64,000 bases of DNA from Bacteroidaceae bacterium. GTDB taxonomy: Bacteria; Bacteroidota; Bacteroidia; Bacteroidales; Bacteroidaceae. The notes beneath the pieces are model-generated. The model was given only the letters and a program-made list of their open reading frames with translations. It was not told the origin of the DNA and searched no databases. The stretch covers positions 4,845 to 68,844 of the forward strand of contig JAZLAC010000026.1 of NCBI GenBank assembly GCA_045612965.1, read 5' to 3'. Below are positions 1 to 9,137 of this stretch, one piece after another; within the stretch, counting starts at the first letter, position 1, and each line of letters starts with the position of its first letter. The position numbers and the translations under genes are program-made.

Positions 1-489
1 CCAAGGATCATAAACGTAAGTTACATGACTCCAATACCATGGATCATAGTAGTGGCAACCATGAAAACGGGCTAATCTTAGACCGTAATAATAATCCATG
101 TCCTCTCCGTCGGAAAAACCTTGACCATATCCATCACTATACCCTAAGTCATAAAGTTTTTGTGAGAAAATTTCGTATGTTTTTTGATTTGTTTTATTTA
201 CAGGTACACTGTCAATGCACAAGGAATCAACAGATAACATGACATTACTACGTCCTCTTCTATTGTATTCGTCAATATCTCGTTCCTGTAAAGAAGGTAC
301 TTTTTCTACATTTTGATGTTGCTGTACAGATGTGGCGCTTTCTGTTTCATAAATAATATCTACTTTTTGAGTTATTTGTTTGGAACTGCTGTTCTTGCTT
401 TTTTTTACGGCAAAGTACATGTCGTCCTCTTGGGCAATAGAAGTTAGGACAAACATGGATGACGTAAGTAAAATAATCAAGTATTTCAT
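1..489 (-). CDS. hypothetical secreted protein, N-terminal part only (ORF runs off the left window edge)
   Basis: ATG at 489..487 on the minus strand, open for all 163 codons down to position 1. It is absent from the ORF track because there is no in-window stop. MKYLIILLTSSMFVLTSIAQ looks like a signal peptide. DDMYF and IDEYNRRG motifs are present. A -7 box lies about 35 nt upstream. Confidence 0.6.
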   Translation of the reverse strand, partial: MKYLIILLTSSMFVLTSIAQEDDMYFAVKKSKNSSSKQITQKVDIIYETESATSVQQHQNVEKVPSLQERDIDEYNRRGRSNVMLSVDSLCIDSVPVNKTNQKTYEIFSQKLYDLGYSDGYGQGFSDGEDMDYYYGLRLARFHGCHYYDPWYWSHVTYVYDPW

Positions 490-523
490 GGTAGAAACTG
501 TTTGTTATTATAGTTTTGATGTT

Positions 524-531
524 CAAATGTA
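524..531 (-). promoter_or_regulatory. Bacteroidetes-type -7 promoter box (TACATTTG) for the edge gene
   Basis: Plus strand caaatgta, reverse complement TACATTTG, matches the TAnnTTTG consensus. It lies 35 nt upstream of the ATG at 489. Confidence 0.45.
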
Positions 532-567
532 ACTATTTGCAAATGAATGACAATGGGGATAACCCTA

Positions 568-1497
568 TTATTGTTGGGATTTTTCCTTTTTTAAAAGAAG
601 TAGTGCCCAATTGTTATCCTCTTTCTGGACGATAGGCCTAAATCCGTACTTGGCAGACTCTGTAAGTAGGCTTGGAATGTCATCAAAATAGAAACCGCTA
701 AGCAAGAGTTCTCCACCAGCAGGAAGACACTTGTTAAAACGATGCATATCAGCCATAAGTATGTTACGGTTAATATTAGCAATTAATAGTGTAGGTTTAA
801 AAACATCAATATTTTCATTGCAAGATGTACATACATTTGTAGAAAGCAGAACGCTGCTATCACCAAGCAACACGTTAACGCCTGTTGTGGTATCATTGAG
901 TACAAGATTCTCTTTTGTATTACGAACACTCCATTCGTCAATATCGTATGCAAGAACATGAGATGCTCCAAGCATTTTACACATAATTGTAAGGATACCT
1001 GTCCCCGTACCAGCATCTATGACATGACGTTCTTGCATAGGAATCTCAAGGAGTTGCCTTAAAATCATGCGGGTTGTTTCATGCGACCCTGTCCCAAACG
1101 CTTGGCATGGGTTAATTTTTATGTCATAATGTGCATCTGGCACATCGGTGTGTCTCGTATCATGTATAACAATAAGAGCCTTGGAACCTTGTTCGTTGCT
1201 AACTACATTTTCCTTTATAATAATAGGTTTAAAACCTTCTTGTTCCCATATATGATTCCAATTTTCATCCGGTGCCTCACATGCTGTATGGGTAATCGTA
1301 ATATCTGGGAGTGGAAAAGATTCCAATACACTATTTATATCTTTTTGTGAATATTTTGAATGTATGATCCAAGCTAATACTCCTTCCGAATTAGATTCGA
1401 ATGCCTCATAGCCTACTTCGCCCAATAAAGCTATAAGAATGTCAGAAGCGACTTCACTGCATGGTGTTAGAGTAAATTTAACTTCGTAAAACTTCAT
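568..1497 (-). CDS. prmA: ribosomal protein L11 methyltransferase
   Basis: 309-aa ORF with an ATG start. AdoMet-binding motif VIDAGTGTGIL and FGTGSHETTRM are present, and the N-terminus MKFYEVKFTL is typical of PrmA. Confidence 0.85.
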   Translation of the reverse strand: MKFYEVKFTLTPCSEVASDILIALLGEVGYEAFESNSEGVLAWIIHSKYSQKDINSVLESFPLPDITITHTACEAPDENWNHIWEQEGFKPIIIKENVVSNEQGSKALIVIHDTRHTDVPDAHYDIKINPCQAFGTGSHETTRMILRQLLEIPMQERHVIDAGTGTGILTIMCKMLGASHVLAYDIDEWSVRNTKENLVLNDTTTGVNVLLGDSSVLLSTNVCTSCNENIDVFKPTLLIANINRNILMADMHRFNKCLPAGGELLLSGFYFDDIPSLLTESAKYGFRPIVQKEDNNWALLLLKKEKSQQ

Positions 1498-1543
1498 ACC
1501 CTATATCTTGTACTGCTTAAAAGTGTTAGTAACTCTTCTGTGT

Positions 1544-2782
1544 TTATTCAAACTTGATACTGCGTACTGGTTGGATACGGCTAATAATGTACGAAGGAAC
1601 AACAAGTACAGAAACACATACAATAAGAGTAACAATATTTATGATGATAATCTCTGCCCATGGAAAATACACAGGAACCTGCGAAAGGTAATAACTTGCA
1701 GGATCAAGTTTGATTATGCCTGTCAGTTTCTGCAAGAAAAGAATGGACAAAGCAATGGTATTTCCGTAGATAAGTCCACGAACTACAATCATGGTTGCTA
1801 GATACAGGAATGTACGTCGTAATTGTCCGTTTGTTGCTCCCATTGCCTTCATTACACCAATGAATTGTGTGCGTTCAAGAATGATGATAAGGAGTCCGCT
1901 GGTCATCGTAACACCGGCGATACAAATCATTAATATTAATATGGCAATGACGTTGATATCTAAAAGGGTAAGCCAAGAGAATATTTGCGGGAACAATTCA
2001 TCAACACGGGGTGCGAAATAATAATATCCATAGGCATCCTCACGCATATACATCATCTCTGAAATCTTTGATGAAATGGAATGTATACTATTGAAATCGT
2101 CAAGAATAACCTCCGCTCCGCTAAACTGATCTTGTTCCCATCCAGCCAGACGTTGTATGGAACGTATATCAGCATAACACATTCTTGTGTCGAAGTCTGC
2201 TATATTTGTACTAAATATTCCAGACACCACAAAACGTCGTGCACGCAAACCTCCATCAAAGAAATAAGCATGAACCTTATCGCCAACATGTATTTGCAAG
2301 GAAGATGCCATAGTGGATGATAGCAAAATACTATCTGATGGAAGCTCGCCACAACCAAAGGATGGTACCTTTCCTGTAATAAGATTCTGTTCAAGAAAAG
2401 ACAACGTATTTACTGCTTCAATACCACGGAAAAATATACCGCGGAATTCTGCATCAGTCTTCACCATACCAGGGCACTGGGAAAAACGTCGGACAGTTTT
2501 TACCCCGGGAATTTCTTGAATCTCATTTCTCAAAGACTCGTTAATTTGTATAGGAACAGAATAAGTAGTTCGATATTGGCTTTGAGTATTGATGATTTGT
2601 ATATGGCCAATCAAAGATGCTATGCGAGTTTTAATCTCACTCTGGAAACCGACAGTAACACATATACTGATTATCATAACCAGTATGCCTACGGCAACAC
2701 CGGCCGTGGCAATACGAACAGCAGAGGCAGAAACTCGTCCTGCCTCTCCGTTTTGATATATTCTTCTGGCTATGAAATACAT
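1544..2782 (-). CDS. ABC transporter permease, FtsX/LolE family
   Basis: The track ORF (1544..2803) begins at a TTG. The first ATG (2782) gives MYFIARRIY..., the usual LolC/E-type N-terminus. There are four predicted TM segments with a large periplasmic loop, and a C-terminal FtsX-like block MKAMGATNGQLRRTFL. Confidence 0.8.
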   Translation of the reverse strand: MYFIARRIYQNGEAGRVSASAVRIATAGVAVGILVMIISICVTVGFQSEIKTRIASLIGHIQIINTQSQYRTTYSVPIQINESLRNEIQEIPGVKTVRRFSQCPGMVKTDAEFRGIFFRGIEAVNTLSFLEQNLITGKVPSFGCGELPSDSILLSSTMASSLQIHVGDKVHAYFFDGGLRARRFVVSGIFSTNIADFDTRMCYADIRSIQRLAGWEQDQFSGAEVILDDFNSIHSISSKISEMMYMREDAYGYYYFAPRVDELFPQIFSWLTLLDINVIAILILMICIAGVTMTSGLLIIILERTQFIGVMKAMGATNGQLRRTFLYLATMIVVRGLIYGNTIALSILFLQKLTGIIKLDPASYYLSQVPVYFPWAEIIIINIVTLIVCVSVLVVPSYIISRIQPVRSIKFE

Positions 2783-2812
2783 GCTAACGTCCCTTTGTTT
2801 CAACGTGGAAAA

Positions 2813-4012
2813 TTACTCTGTCCTGCCAGGATATGCCTCAAGAGCCTTGCGTAGGATAAAGAGCGCACGTACAAGGTCATCTTTCTTCAGAACATAGGCA
2901 AGACGTACTTGGTTGCGACCTGCACCTGGAGTAGTATAGAAACCTGAAGCTGGTGCCATCATTATAGTCTCTCCTTCCCATTGGAAATCGCTCAAACACC
3001 ATTCGCAGAATTTTTCAGCATCGTCCACTGGCAATTTTGCTACCGTGTAGAACGCACCCATGGGTATTGGACTATAGACACCAGGAATGCGGTTAAGTCC
3101 ATCAATTAGGCATTTACGACGTTCTACATATTCATCATAAACTTCACGACTATATTCCTCAGGTTCATCCAGGGATGCCTCTGCGGCAATCTGACCAATA
3201 AGTGGAGGACTGAGTCGTGCTTGACAGAACTTCATCACAGCCTTGCGCACCTCGGAATTTTTAGTTATGAGGGCACCAACACGGATTCCGCATTCGGAAT
3301 AACGCTTGGAAACAGAGTCTATAAGTACAACGTTATTCTCTATGCCCTCCAAATGACAGGCTGATATATAAGGTGAACCTGTGTATATGAATTCGCGATA
3401 AACTTCGTCGGAGAAGAGATACAGGTCGTATTTCTTGACGAGATCTCGAATCTGGTTCATTTCTCGCCTTGTATAAAGGTAACCAGTGGGGTTATTTGGA
3501 TTGCAGATAAGAATGGCTCGTGTGTGTTCGTTTATTAGTTCTTCAAATTTTTCTACCTTGGGCAAGGAGAATCCTTCCTCTATCGTTGTGGAGATGGTAC
3601 GGATACGTGCTCCCGCTGAAATGGCAAAAGCCATGTAATTTGCATAAGCAGGTTCTGGGACGATAATTTCGTCTCCAGGATTCAGGCATGCTAGAAAGGA
3701 GAAGAGTACTGCTTCCGAACCTCCACTGGTTATGATGATATCATTGGCCGAGAGATTGATGTTGTAGGATGCATAGTATTTTACCAGTTTCTCACGATAA
3801 CTCGGATATCCTTGTGAAGGGCTGTATTCAAGAATCTTTCGGTCAATATTGCGTATAGCATTCAATGCCGACTGAGGAGTAGGCAAGTCGGGTTGTCCGA
3901 TGTTAAGATGGTAAACATGCACACCACGCTTCTTGGCATCGTCTGCTAGGGGAGCGAGTTTTCTAATTGGAGATTCAGGCATTTCCTGACCGCGAACTGA
4001 TATTTGTGGCAT
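2813..4012 (-). CDS. pyridoxal-phosphate-dependent aminotransferase (class I/II, AspC-like)
   Basis: 399-aa ORF. The PLP-lysine context SVSKRYSECGIRVG, NPNNPTG, and N-terminal ESPIRKL are characteristic of aspartate/aromatic aminotransferases. Confidence 0.85.
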   Translation of the reverse strand: MPQISVRGQEMPESPIRKLAPLADDAKKRGVHVYHLNIGQPDLPTPQSALNAIRNIDRKILEYSPSQGYPSYREKLVKYYASYNINLSANDIIITSGGSEAVLFSFLACLNPGDEIIVPEPAYANYMAFAISAGARIRTISTTIEEGFSLPKVEKFEELINEHTRAILICNPNNPTGYLYTRREMNQIRDLVKKYDLYLFSDEVYREFIYTGSPYISACHLEGIENNVVLIDSVSKRYSECGIRVGALITKNSEVRKAVMKFCQARLSPPLIGQIAAEASLDEPEEYSREVYDEYVERRKCLIDGLNRIPGVYSPIPMGAFYTVAKLPVDDAEKFCEWCLSDFQWEGETIMMAPASGFYTTPGAGRNQVRLAYVLKKDDLVRALFILRKALEAYPGRTE

Positions 4013-4036
4013 TTTTATATATAATGTAGGTGTTGA

Positions 4037-5254
4037 TTATCTTTGTTTGTCAATTCCGTAGAAGAAGTAGTTCCAGTAGGAACCTGGATAAGTCATTGTA
4101 CACTCCTTTCTTTGAAGGGCATCATTGTTAAAGAAACTGCTTTTCAATGATTTGTAACAACTGTATGTGCTATCCATTAATTCATCCATTATTGGATTGG
4201 ATGATTCATTGGCATTCTGGTCCTTATGTAATACAAGTGCCTCGCGATAATGGCGGGGCAAGGTGTTTTTCGTGTTGTAGTATTTGGGCAATTCCGTATT
4301 AAAGCGATTTAAGTCGCGATCAAGCAAAAGAGCACACAGGTAATAATCTGCTAATATCTTTATGTCTAAGGTTTCCTTGCATGTTGCAGGTTCTCTTAAT
4401 CGTGCCATACGTTTGGCAAGGGCATTCTCAAGGAAAGTAGTTACTTTTATATTTTTGTCTGCGGGAATGGCTTTCAAATGTCCGTATACCAATGTTTGGG
4501 TGTGATAAAGAAGAGTTGCGGGGAATGTGTCTGGAAGCAAGTTATGGCTACCTTTAAGATACGGCAAGGAGAAGAGTTCATCGGCCAGTTTACCCTTTTT
4601 GCTGAGATTGAGAACTTGGATGGATGTTATCGTATTGTTGGTTGTGGTTTCGCCTTGATAAAAGTTGTCAATAATAGAATAATCGTTTCGATGAATTCCC
4701 TTCGCCATATCAAGTTGTAAGTGTAACTGGCGGTCTGTGTTAGTTAATGATATACAGAAAAGAATTCCTACACATGAAACCAATATATTTATTCCTAAAT
4801 AATTGAATATTGGGGCATGTTCGCCTCTATCTTCGTGATATACTTGACTAAGGAATATTAATATGCCAGAAACTAGCAGGAGCAGTATTGGTTTTATGAG
4901 GTGGATCTCGTTTTCCAAGGACATAACACTTTCTGGTGAAATTCCCGTCAGAAACCCAAGTGTTATATAAGAGGGTAAAAAAGCTATGGCTTTTAATCGA
5001 AGTGGGAAGTGGAAGATGTGCAGAAGCACGGTTGCTGGTATTGCACTCAATAGTGTTCCAAGCAATGCACTGACCCATATTGTTGAGTCGGAAATAGTTG
5101 AATTTGCCTGTTCGGATTCAATAAAGTTGCTCAAAGTAACAATACCATATTGGTATCTAATGTATAACAAGAGGGAATATGACACAAAGAGTACGTAGCA
5201 AACAATTGTGAGAAAGTTTGCCTTGTATTGCGTAGTCTTGTAATGGTATCTCAT
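4037..5254 (-). CDS. hypothetical polytopic membrane protein with a C-terminal soluble domain
   Basis: 405-aa ORF with an ATG start. The first ~175 aa hold about 5 hydrophobic helices, followed by a hydrophilic domain. I recognise no motif. Confidence 0.55.
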   Translation of the reverse strand: MRYHYKTTQYKANFLTIVCYVLFVSYSLLLYIRYQYGIVTLSNFIESEQANSTISDSTIWVSALLGTLLSAIPATVLLHIFHFPLRLKAIAFLPSYITLGFLTGISPESVMSLENEIHLIKPILLLLVSGILIFLSQVYHEDRGEHAPIFNYLGINILVSCVGILFCISLTNTDRQLHLQLDMAKGIHRNDYSIIDNFYQGETTTNNTITSIQVLNLSKKGKLADELFSLPYLKGSHNLLPDTFPATLLYHTQTLVYGHLKAIPADKNIKVTTFLENALAKRMARLREPATCKETLDIKILADYYLCALLLDRDLNRFNTELPKYYNTKNTLPRHYREALVLHKDQNANESSNPIMDELMDSTYSCYKSLKSSFFNNDALQRKECTMTYPGSYWNYFFYGIDKQR

Positions 5255-5363
5255 TCTTGTTTACTTAATAATATTGCTGGATAATGTCTCACGAAACGTG
5301 ATTTATCGCAATAGGATGCGATAGTTATCGAGATACGAGGCGATAGTACTTGAAATACATTGC

Positions 5364-5422
5364 ATATCCACACGGACCCCCCTACTCTATCAAGTGTTCT
5401 GTAGGCGGAACCGTGCGGATAT
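5364..5422 (-). terminator. long hairpin 22 nt downstream of glgB (possible terminator, no U-tract)
   Basis: atatccacacgg (5364..5375) pairs with ccgtgcggatat (5411..5422), 12 bp including one G-U on the minus-strand RNA. An inner cccctac/gtagg extension is present. The hairpin is not followed by a T run. Confidence 0.35.
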
Positions 5423-5443
5423 TTACATCTATATTCTATTACA

Positions 5444-7597
5444 TTAGTCCTTAATCATCCTGAGGACACATGCACTACGAGCAGGAAGATAGAGTTTGAG
5501 CCATCCCTTACCGTCCTTTGCTAAATCACGGTCGTAGATTGTAAGATGCTTCAACGTGTCATCATTGAATCCCTTTCCACCAAACTTCACATCATCGGTG
5601 TTGAGCAGATACTGGTATGTACCAGCCTTAACCATGAAACCATAGTCTGTATAACTGCGGAAGGGACTGAAATTGAAGAAGAACAATAGATCGCCACGTT
5701 GGAAGGCAAACACTTGGTCACCATCGTTGTGCCAAATCTCAGTAACGTTGGTCTTCTGTAGATCTTTCTCGCTCTTGATTATTTTCAGCATAGCACGATC
5801 GAAGTCACCTAGGAAGTGGAAGCACAGTTCCTTGTTGTCCAAAAGGTTCCACTGACGACGGGCATACTTATGACTCCAGCCATTACCCTCACGTGGGAAG
5901 TCAATCCACTCGGGATGACCGAATTCGTTGCCCATAAAGTTCAAATATCCGCCATTGATAGTGCTACATGTGAGCAGACGAATCATCTTATGCAGTGCAA
6001 TACCTCTCTCAACGGTGAAATTCTCATCGCCCTTCTTGAAGTGCCAGTACATATCGGCATCCACGAGACGGAAAATGATGGTCTTGTCTCCCACTAGAGC
6101 TTGGTCATGACTTTCGCAATAACTGATTGTCTTTTCATCTGCACGGCGGTTAGTGGTTTCCCAAAGCAAACTGCTGGGTTTCCAATCCTCATCGCGCCAT
6201 TCCTTGATTATCTTGATCCAATAATCAGGTATATTCATGGCCATACGGTAGTTAAAACCGTAACCTCCTGCTTCAAAAGGAGCGGCCAAACCAGGCATGC
6301 CACTAACCTCTTCAGCTATAGTGATTGCTTTCTTATTGACCTGATGGATAAGACAGTTTGCAAGAGTTAGGTAGCGGATAGCATTGTCATCCTGACTACC
6401 GTTGTAGTAGTCGCCATAACCGCCAAATGCCTGACCAAGACCGTGGCTATAGTAAAGCATTGATGTAACTCCATCAAATCGGTAACCGTCAAAACGGAAC
6501 TCGTCCATCCAGTATTTACAGTTACTCAACAGGAAGTGCAATACCTCGTTCTTGCCATAATCAAAGCAAAGACTGTCCCATGCCGGATGCTCGCGCCGGT
6601 CGCCTTGATAGAAGTATTGGCATGGATCACCAGCAAGATTGCCAAGACCCTCCACTTCGTTCTTCACGGCATGGCTATGTACAATATCCATAATCACGGC
6701 AATACCCATGCCATGTGCTTCGTCAATAAGAGCTTTTAGTTCCTCGGGAGTTCCGAAACGACTACTTGCAGCAAAGAAACTACTTACATGATAACCAAAA
6801 CTGCCATAATAGGGATGCTCCTGAATGGCCATAATCTGGATACAATTGTATCCAGCCTTCTGCACACGAGGCAATACGTTCAAACGGAATTCTTCGTATG
6901 TGCCAACCTTCTCTGCATCCTGTCCCATACCGATATGGCATTCGTAGATGAGCAGGGGACTGGTATTAGGTTTGAATTTTGTATTCTTCCATTCGTACTT
7001 CTGTTCAGGTTCCCAAACCTGTGCAGAGAAAATCTTTGTGGTATCATCCTGCACAACACGGCGTACCCAGGCAGGGATTCGTTCACCCTTACCGCCTTCC
7101 CAGTGTACGCTCATCTTGTAAAGATCACCATGTTTCAGGGCTTTTTCTGGCAAAGTCAGTTCCCAGTTGCCTGTATCTTTTACCTTTTTGAAAGCGTAGT
7201 GTCCATCTTCTTTCCAACCATTGAAATCACCGATAAGGTAAATGGCGGTCGCATTGGGTGCCCATTCGCGGATAACCCAATTTTTTCCGTTTTTGTGTAG
7301 ACCGAAGTACATGTAGCCTGTTGCAAACTCGGAGAGGGTTGTCTCGCCATTGTTGGTCAGTTCTGCAATTTTGTCAATAACAGACTGATGACGACCGTTG
7401 ATGGCATCAGCATACTCTGCAAGATACTTATCGTTTTTGATTAGACGCAGTACTGTGGGAGCCTTTTCTTCTTCTGGAACTTCTACTTTCTTGACAGTGG
7501 CCTTCTTGGTGCAAGTCTTCTTGGCCGTAGTTTTCTTGGCGCTTGTGTTCTTTGTGGTTTTAGACGCCTTGGTGGCATCGGTTTTCTTGGTTGCCAT
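5444..7597 (-). CDS. glgB: 1,4-alpha-glucan branching enzyme (GH13, eukaryote-like type) with a Lys/Thr/Ala-rich N-terminal tail
   Basis: 717-aa ORF. GH13 catalytic blocks FDGYRFDGVTSMLY, IAEEVSGMPG and YCESHDQALVGDKT are present. The first ~45 aa are MATKKTDATKASKTTKNTSAKKTTAKKTCTKKATVKK. Confidence 0.85.
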   Translation of the reverse strand: MATKKTDATKASKTTKNTSAKKTTAKKTCTKKATVKKVEVPEEEKAPTVLRLIKNDKYLAEYADAINGRHQSVIDKIAELTNNGETTLSEFATGYMYFGLHKNGKNWVIREWAPNATAIYLIGDFNGWKEDGHYAFKKVKDTGNWELTLPEKALKHGDLYKMSVHWEGGKGERIPAWVRRVVQDDTTKIFSAQVWEPEQKYEWKNTKFKPNTSPLLIYECHIGMGQDAEKVGTYEEFRLNVLPRVQKAGYNCIQIMAIQEHPYYGSFGYHVSSFFAASSRFGTPEELKALIDEAHGMGIAVIMDIVHSHAVKNEVEGLGNLAGDPCQYFYQGDRREHPAWDSLCFDYGKNEVLHFLLSNCKYWMDEFRFDGYRFDGVTSMLYYSHGLGQAFGGYGDYYNGSQDDNAIRYLTLANCLIHQVNKKAITIAEEVSGMPGLAAPFEAGGYGFNYRMAMNIPDYWIKIIKEWRDEDWKPSSLLWETTNRRADEKTISYCESHDQALVGDKTIIFRLVDADMYWHFKKGDENFTVERGIALHKMIRLLTCSTINGGYLNFMGNEFGHPEWIDFPREGNGWSHKYARRQWNLLDNKELCFHFLGDFDRAMLKIIKSEKDLQKTNVTEIWHNDGDQVFAFQRGDLLFFFNFSPFRSYTDYGFMVKAGTYQYLLNTDDVKFGGKGFNDDTLKHLTIYDRDLAKDGKGWLKLYLPARSACVLRMIKD

Positions 7598-7657
7598 ATA
7601 ATATTGTTTAGGTTATTATGCTATTGATTAGGTTTTTCATTTCTCAGTGTGTACGAC

Positions 7658-8722
7658 TCAGTTGCTGAGTTTTTCACCTTCTTTGAACTCTCCCTCAAAA
7701 CGGTTACCGTCCTTGTCTTCCTGTATTCCGTGTCCGTCCTTTAAGCCTGCACGGAAACCGCCCTTATATTTAGTGCCATCTGCTTGGCGAAGTATGCCTA
7801 GGCCTTCCATCAGACCGTTAACCCATTCTCCGTCATAGACATCGCCATTATGTGAAGTAAACTTGCCTTTGCCATGCTGACGGTTGTTTTTCCAATGTCC
7901 AACATAGACATCTCCGTTACTCCAAGTGAAAGTGCCAAAACCATTTTGGTCACCATCGGAGAAATTACCCACATACTTGTCGCCGTTCTTGAAAGAAAAG
8001 ATGCCTTCTCCTGAACGCTGTCCTTTAACATATGAACCTTCATAGACATTGCCATCCTCAAAGGTATAGATACCAAGTCCATGTTGCTCATCTTTAAGCC
8101 ATTCACCTATGTATTTTTCTCCCGAGGCATAATTGAATGTACCTTTGCCTGATTTACAGTTCTCTTTCCAGTCTCCTTCATATCTGTTTCCGTCAGCCCA
8201 ATCGTATATTCCTTCCCCATCCTTCATGTCATTTTTCCAGTTACCGATATACGAAGCTCCGTTGCTAAAGGTATATGTTCCTTTGCCTGAGCGCATATCG
8301 TTTTCCCAATTTCCGACATAAATATCACCATTGTAGTAGAACATGGTTCCGTTTCCATGTTGATAATCGCGAAACCAAAGTCCTTCATAGCGGTTGTTGT
8401 TAATGAAATAGTATGTACCTATACCATGTTGTTGATCCTGGTACCAGTCACCGACGTACTTCTCGCCGTCAGCAAACTGATAAGTTCCCTTGCCATGACG
8501 TTTTCCCTTGACATATGACCCCTCATAGCGGTCTCCGTTCTTGAAACGTGTAATGCCATGTCCGTGTGGCTTGTTTCTCTGTATTTCGCCTTGGTAGATT
8601 GCTCCGTCTGAAAATTCATACGAACCAATACGTATTTCCTGTCCATAGGAAATCTGTACGGCAATAGTCCCGAGTAGGATTAATGCCAAAAGATGCTTTT
8701 TTCTGGTACTGATTCGTCGCAA
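7658..8722 (-). CDS. secreted MORN-repeat protein (13 contiguous 23-aa MORN units plus a partial one)
   Basis: 354-aa ORF. The only available start is TTG at 8722, with no in-frame ATG near the N-terminus. Signal-peptide-like KKHLLALILLGTIAVQISYGQ is followed by uninterrupted Y-x-G-x-[WYF]-x6-G-x-G repeats. Confidence 0.75.
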   Translation of the reverse strand: MRRISTRKKHLLALILLGTIAVQISYGQEIRIGSYEFSDGAIYQGEIQRNKPHGHGITRFKNGDRYEGSYVKGKRHGKGTYQFADGEKYVGDWYQDQQHGIGTYYFINNNRYEGLWFRDYQHGNGTMFYYNGDIYVGNWENDMRSGKGTYTFSNGASYIGNWKNDMKDGEGIYDWADGNRYEGDWKENCKSGKGTFNYASGEKYIGEWLKDEQHGLGIYTFEDGNVYEGSYVKGQRSGEGIFSFKNGDKYVGNFSDGDQNGFGTFTWSNGDVYVGHWKNNRQHGKGKFTSHNGDVYDGEWVNGLMEGLGILRQADGTKYKGGFRAGLKDGHGIQEDKDGNRFEGEFKEGEKLSN

Positions 8723-8749
8723 TGTCAGTATATATTATAGGTTTGCTGA

Positions 8750-8757
8750 CAAAGTTA
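8750..8757 (-). promoter_or_regulatory. -7 promoter box (TAACTTTG) for the MORN gene
   Basis: Plus caaagtta, reverse complement TAACTTTG, 28 nt upstream of the TTG start. Confidence 0.5.
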
Positions 8758-8936
8758 CAAAAAAACATGAATCCATGCAACAAATTTGCAATATTTTCCT
8801 GCTTCGAACCCAAATATTTAGTAAAATGAAGACAAATCTGTTTTAAGGACTTCAAGACCTTACAATCGTGAGGTTTGATCAGTTATATAATTAAGAAAAG
8901 AATAGAGACCAGGCTAAAATACACAAATGTCGGCAT

Positions 8937-9104
8937 TTAACTATCACAATCAAGAGTACCGCCTAACCACTCTACCATCGGTTCCTCTGCAACTAGTATA
9001 TGCCATTCAATTAAATGCATGTTTGCATCCATCGTTACAACCACGGGACCCTCCACATGTTCTCCCGAAGCAAGACGTAATCTGTGATATGCAAATTTCT
9101 TCAT
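8937..9104 (-). CDS. small hypothetical protein (55 aa), below the ORF-track cut-off
   Basis: ATG at 9104, TAA at 8939..8937, 33 nt downstream of the preceding gene on the same strand. Translation by hand: MKKFAYHRLRLASGEHVEGPVVVTMDANMHLIEWHILVAEEPMVEWLGGTLDCDS. The composition is non-repetitive. I recognise no motif. Confidence 0.35.
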   Translation of the reverse strand: MKKFAYHRLRLASGEHVEGPVVVTMDANMHLIEWHILVAEEPMVEWLGGTLDCDS

Positions 9105-9137
9105 TTTTTGATATGGTTATAGCATTTTGGGGAAATG

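Noticed and set aside
8941-8990. tRNA-like stretch on the minus strand, GGTAGAGTGGTTAGGCGGTA, reminiscent of a D-arm.
   Set aside because: There is no GTTCRANNC T-loop, no acceptor-stem complementarity and no anticodon stem around it. It lies inside the better-supported 55-codon ORF.
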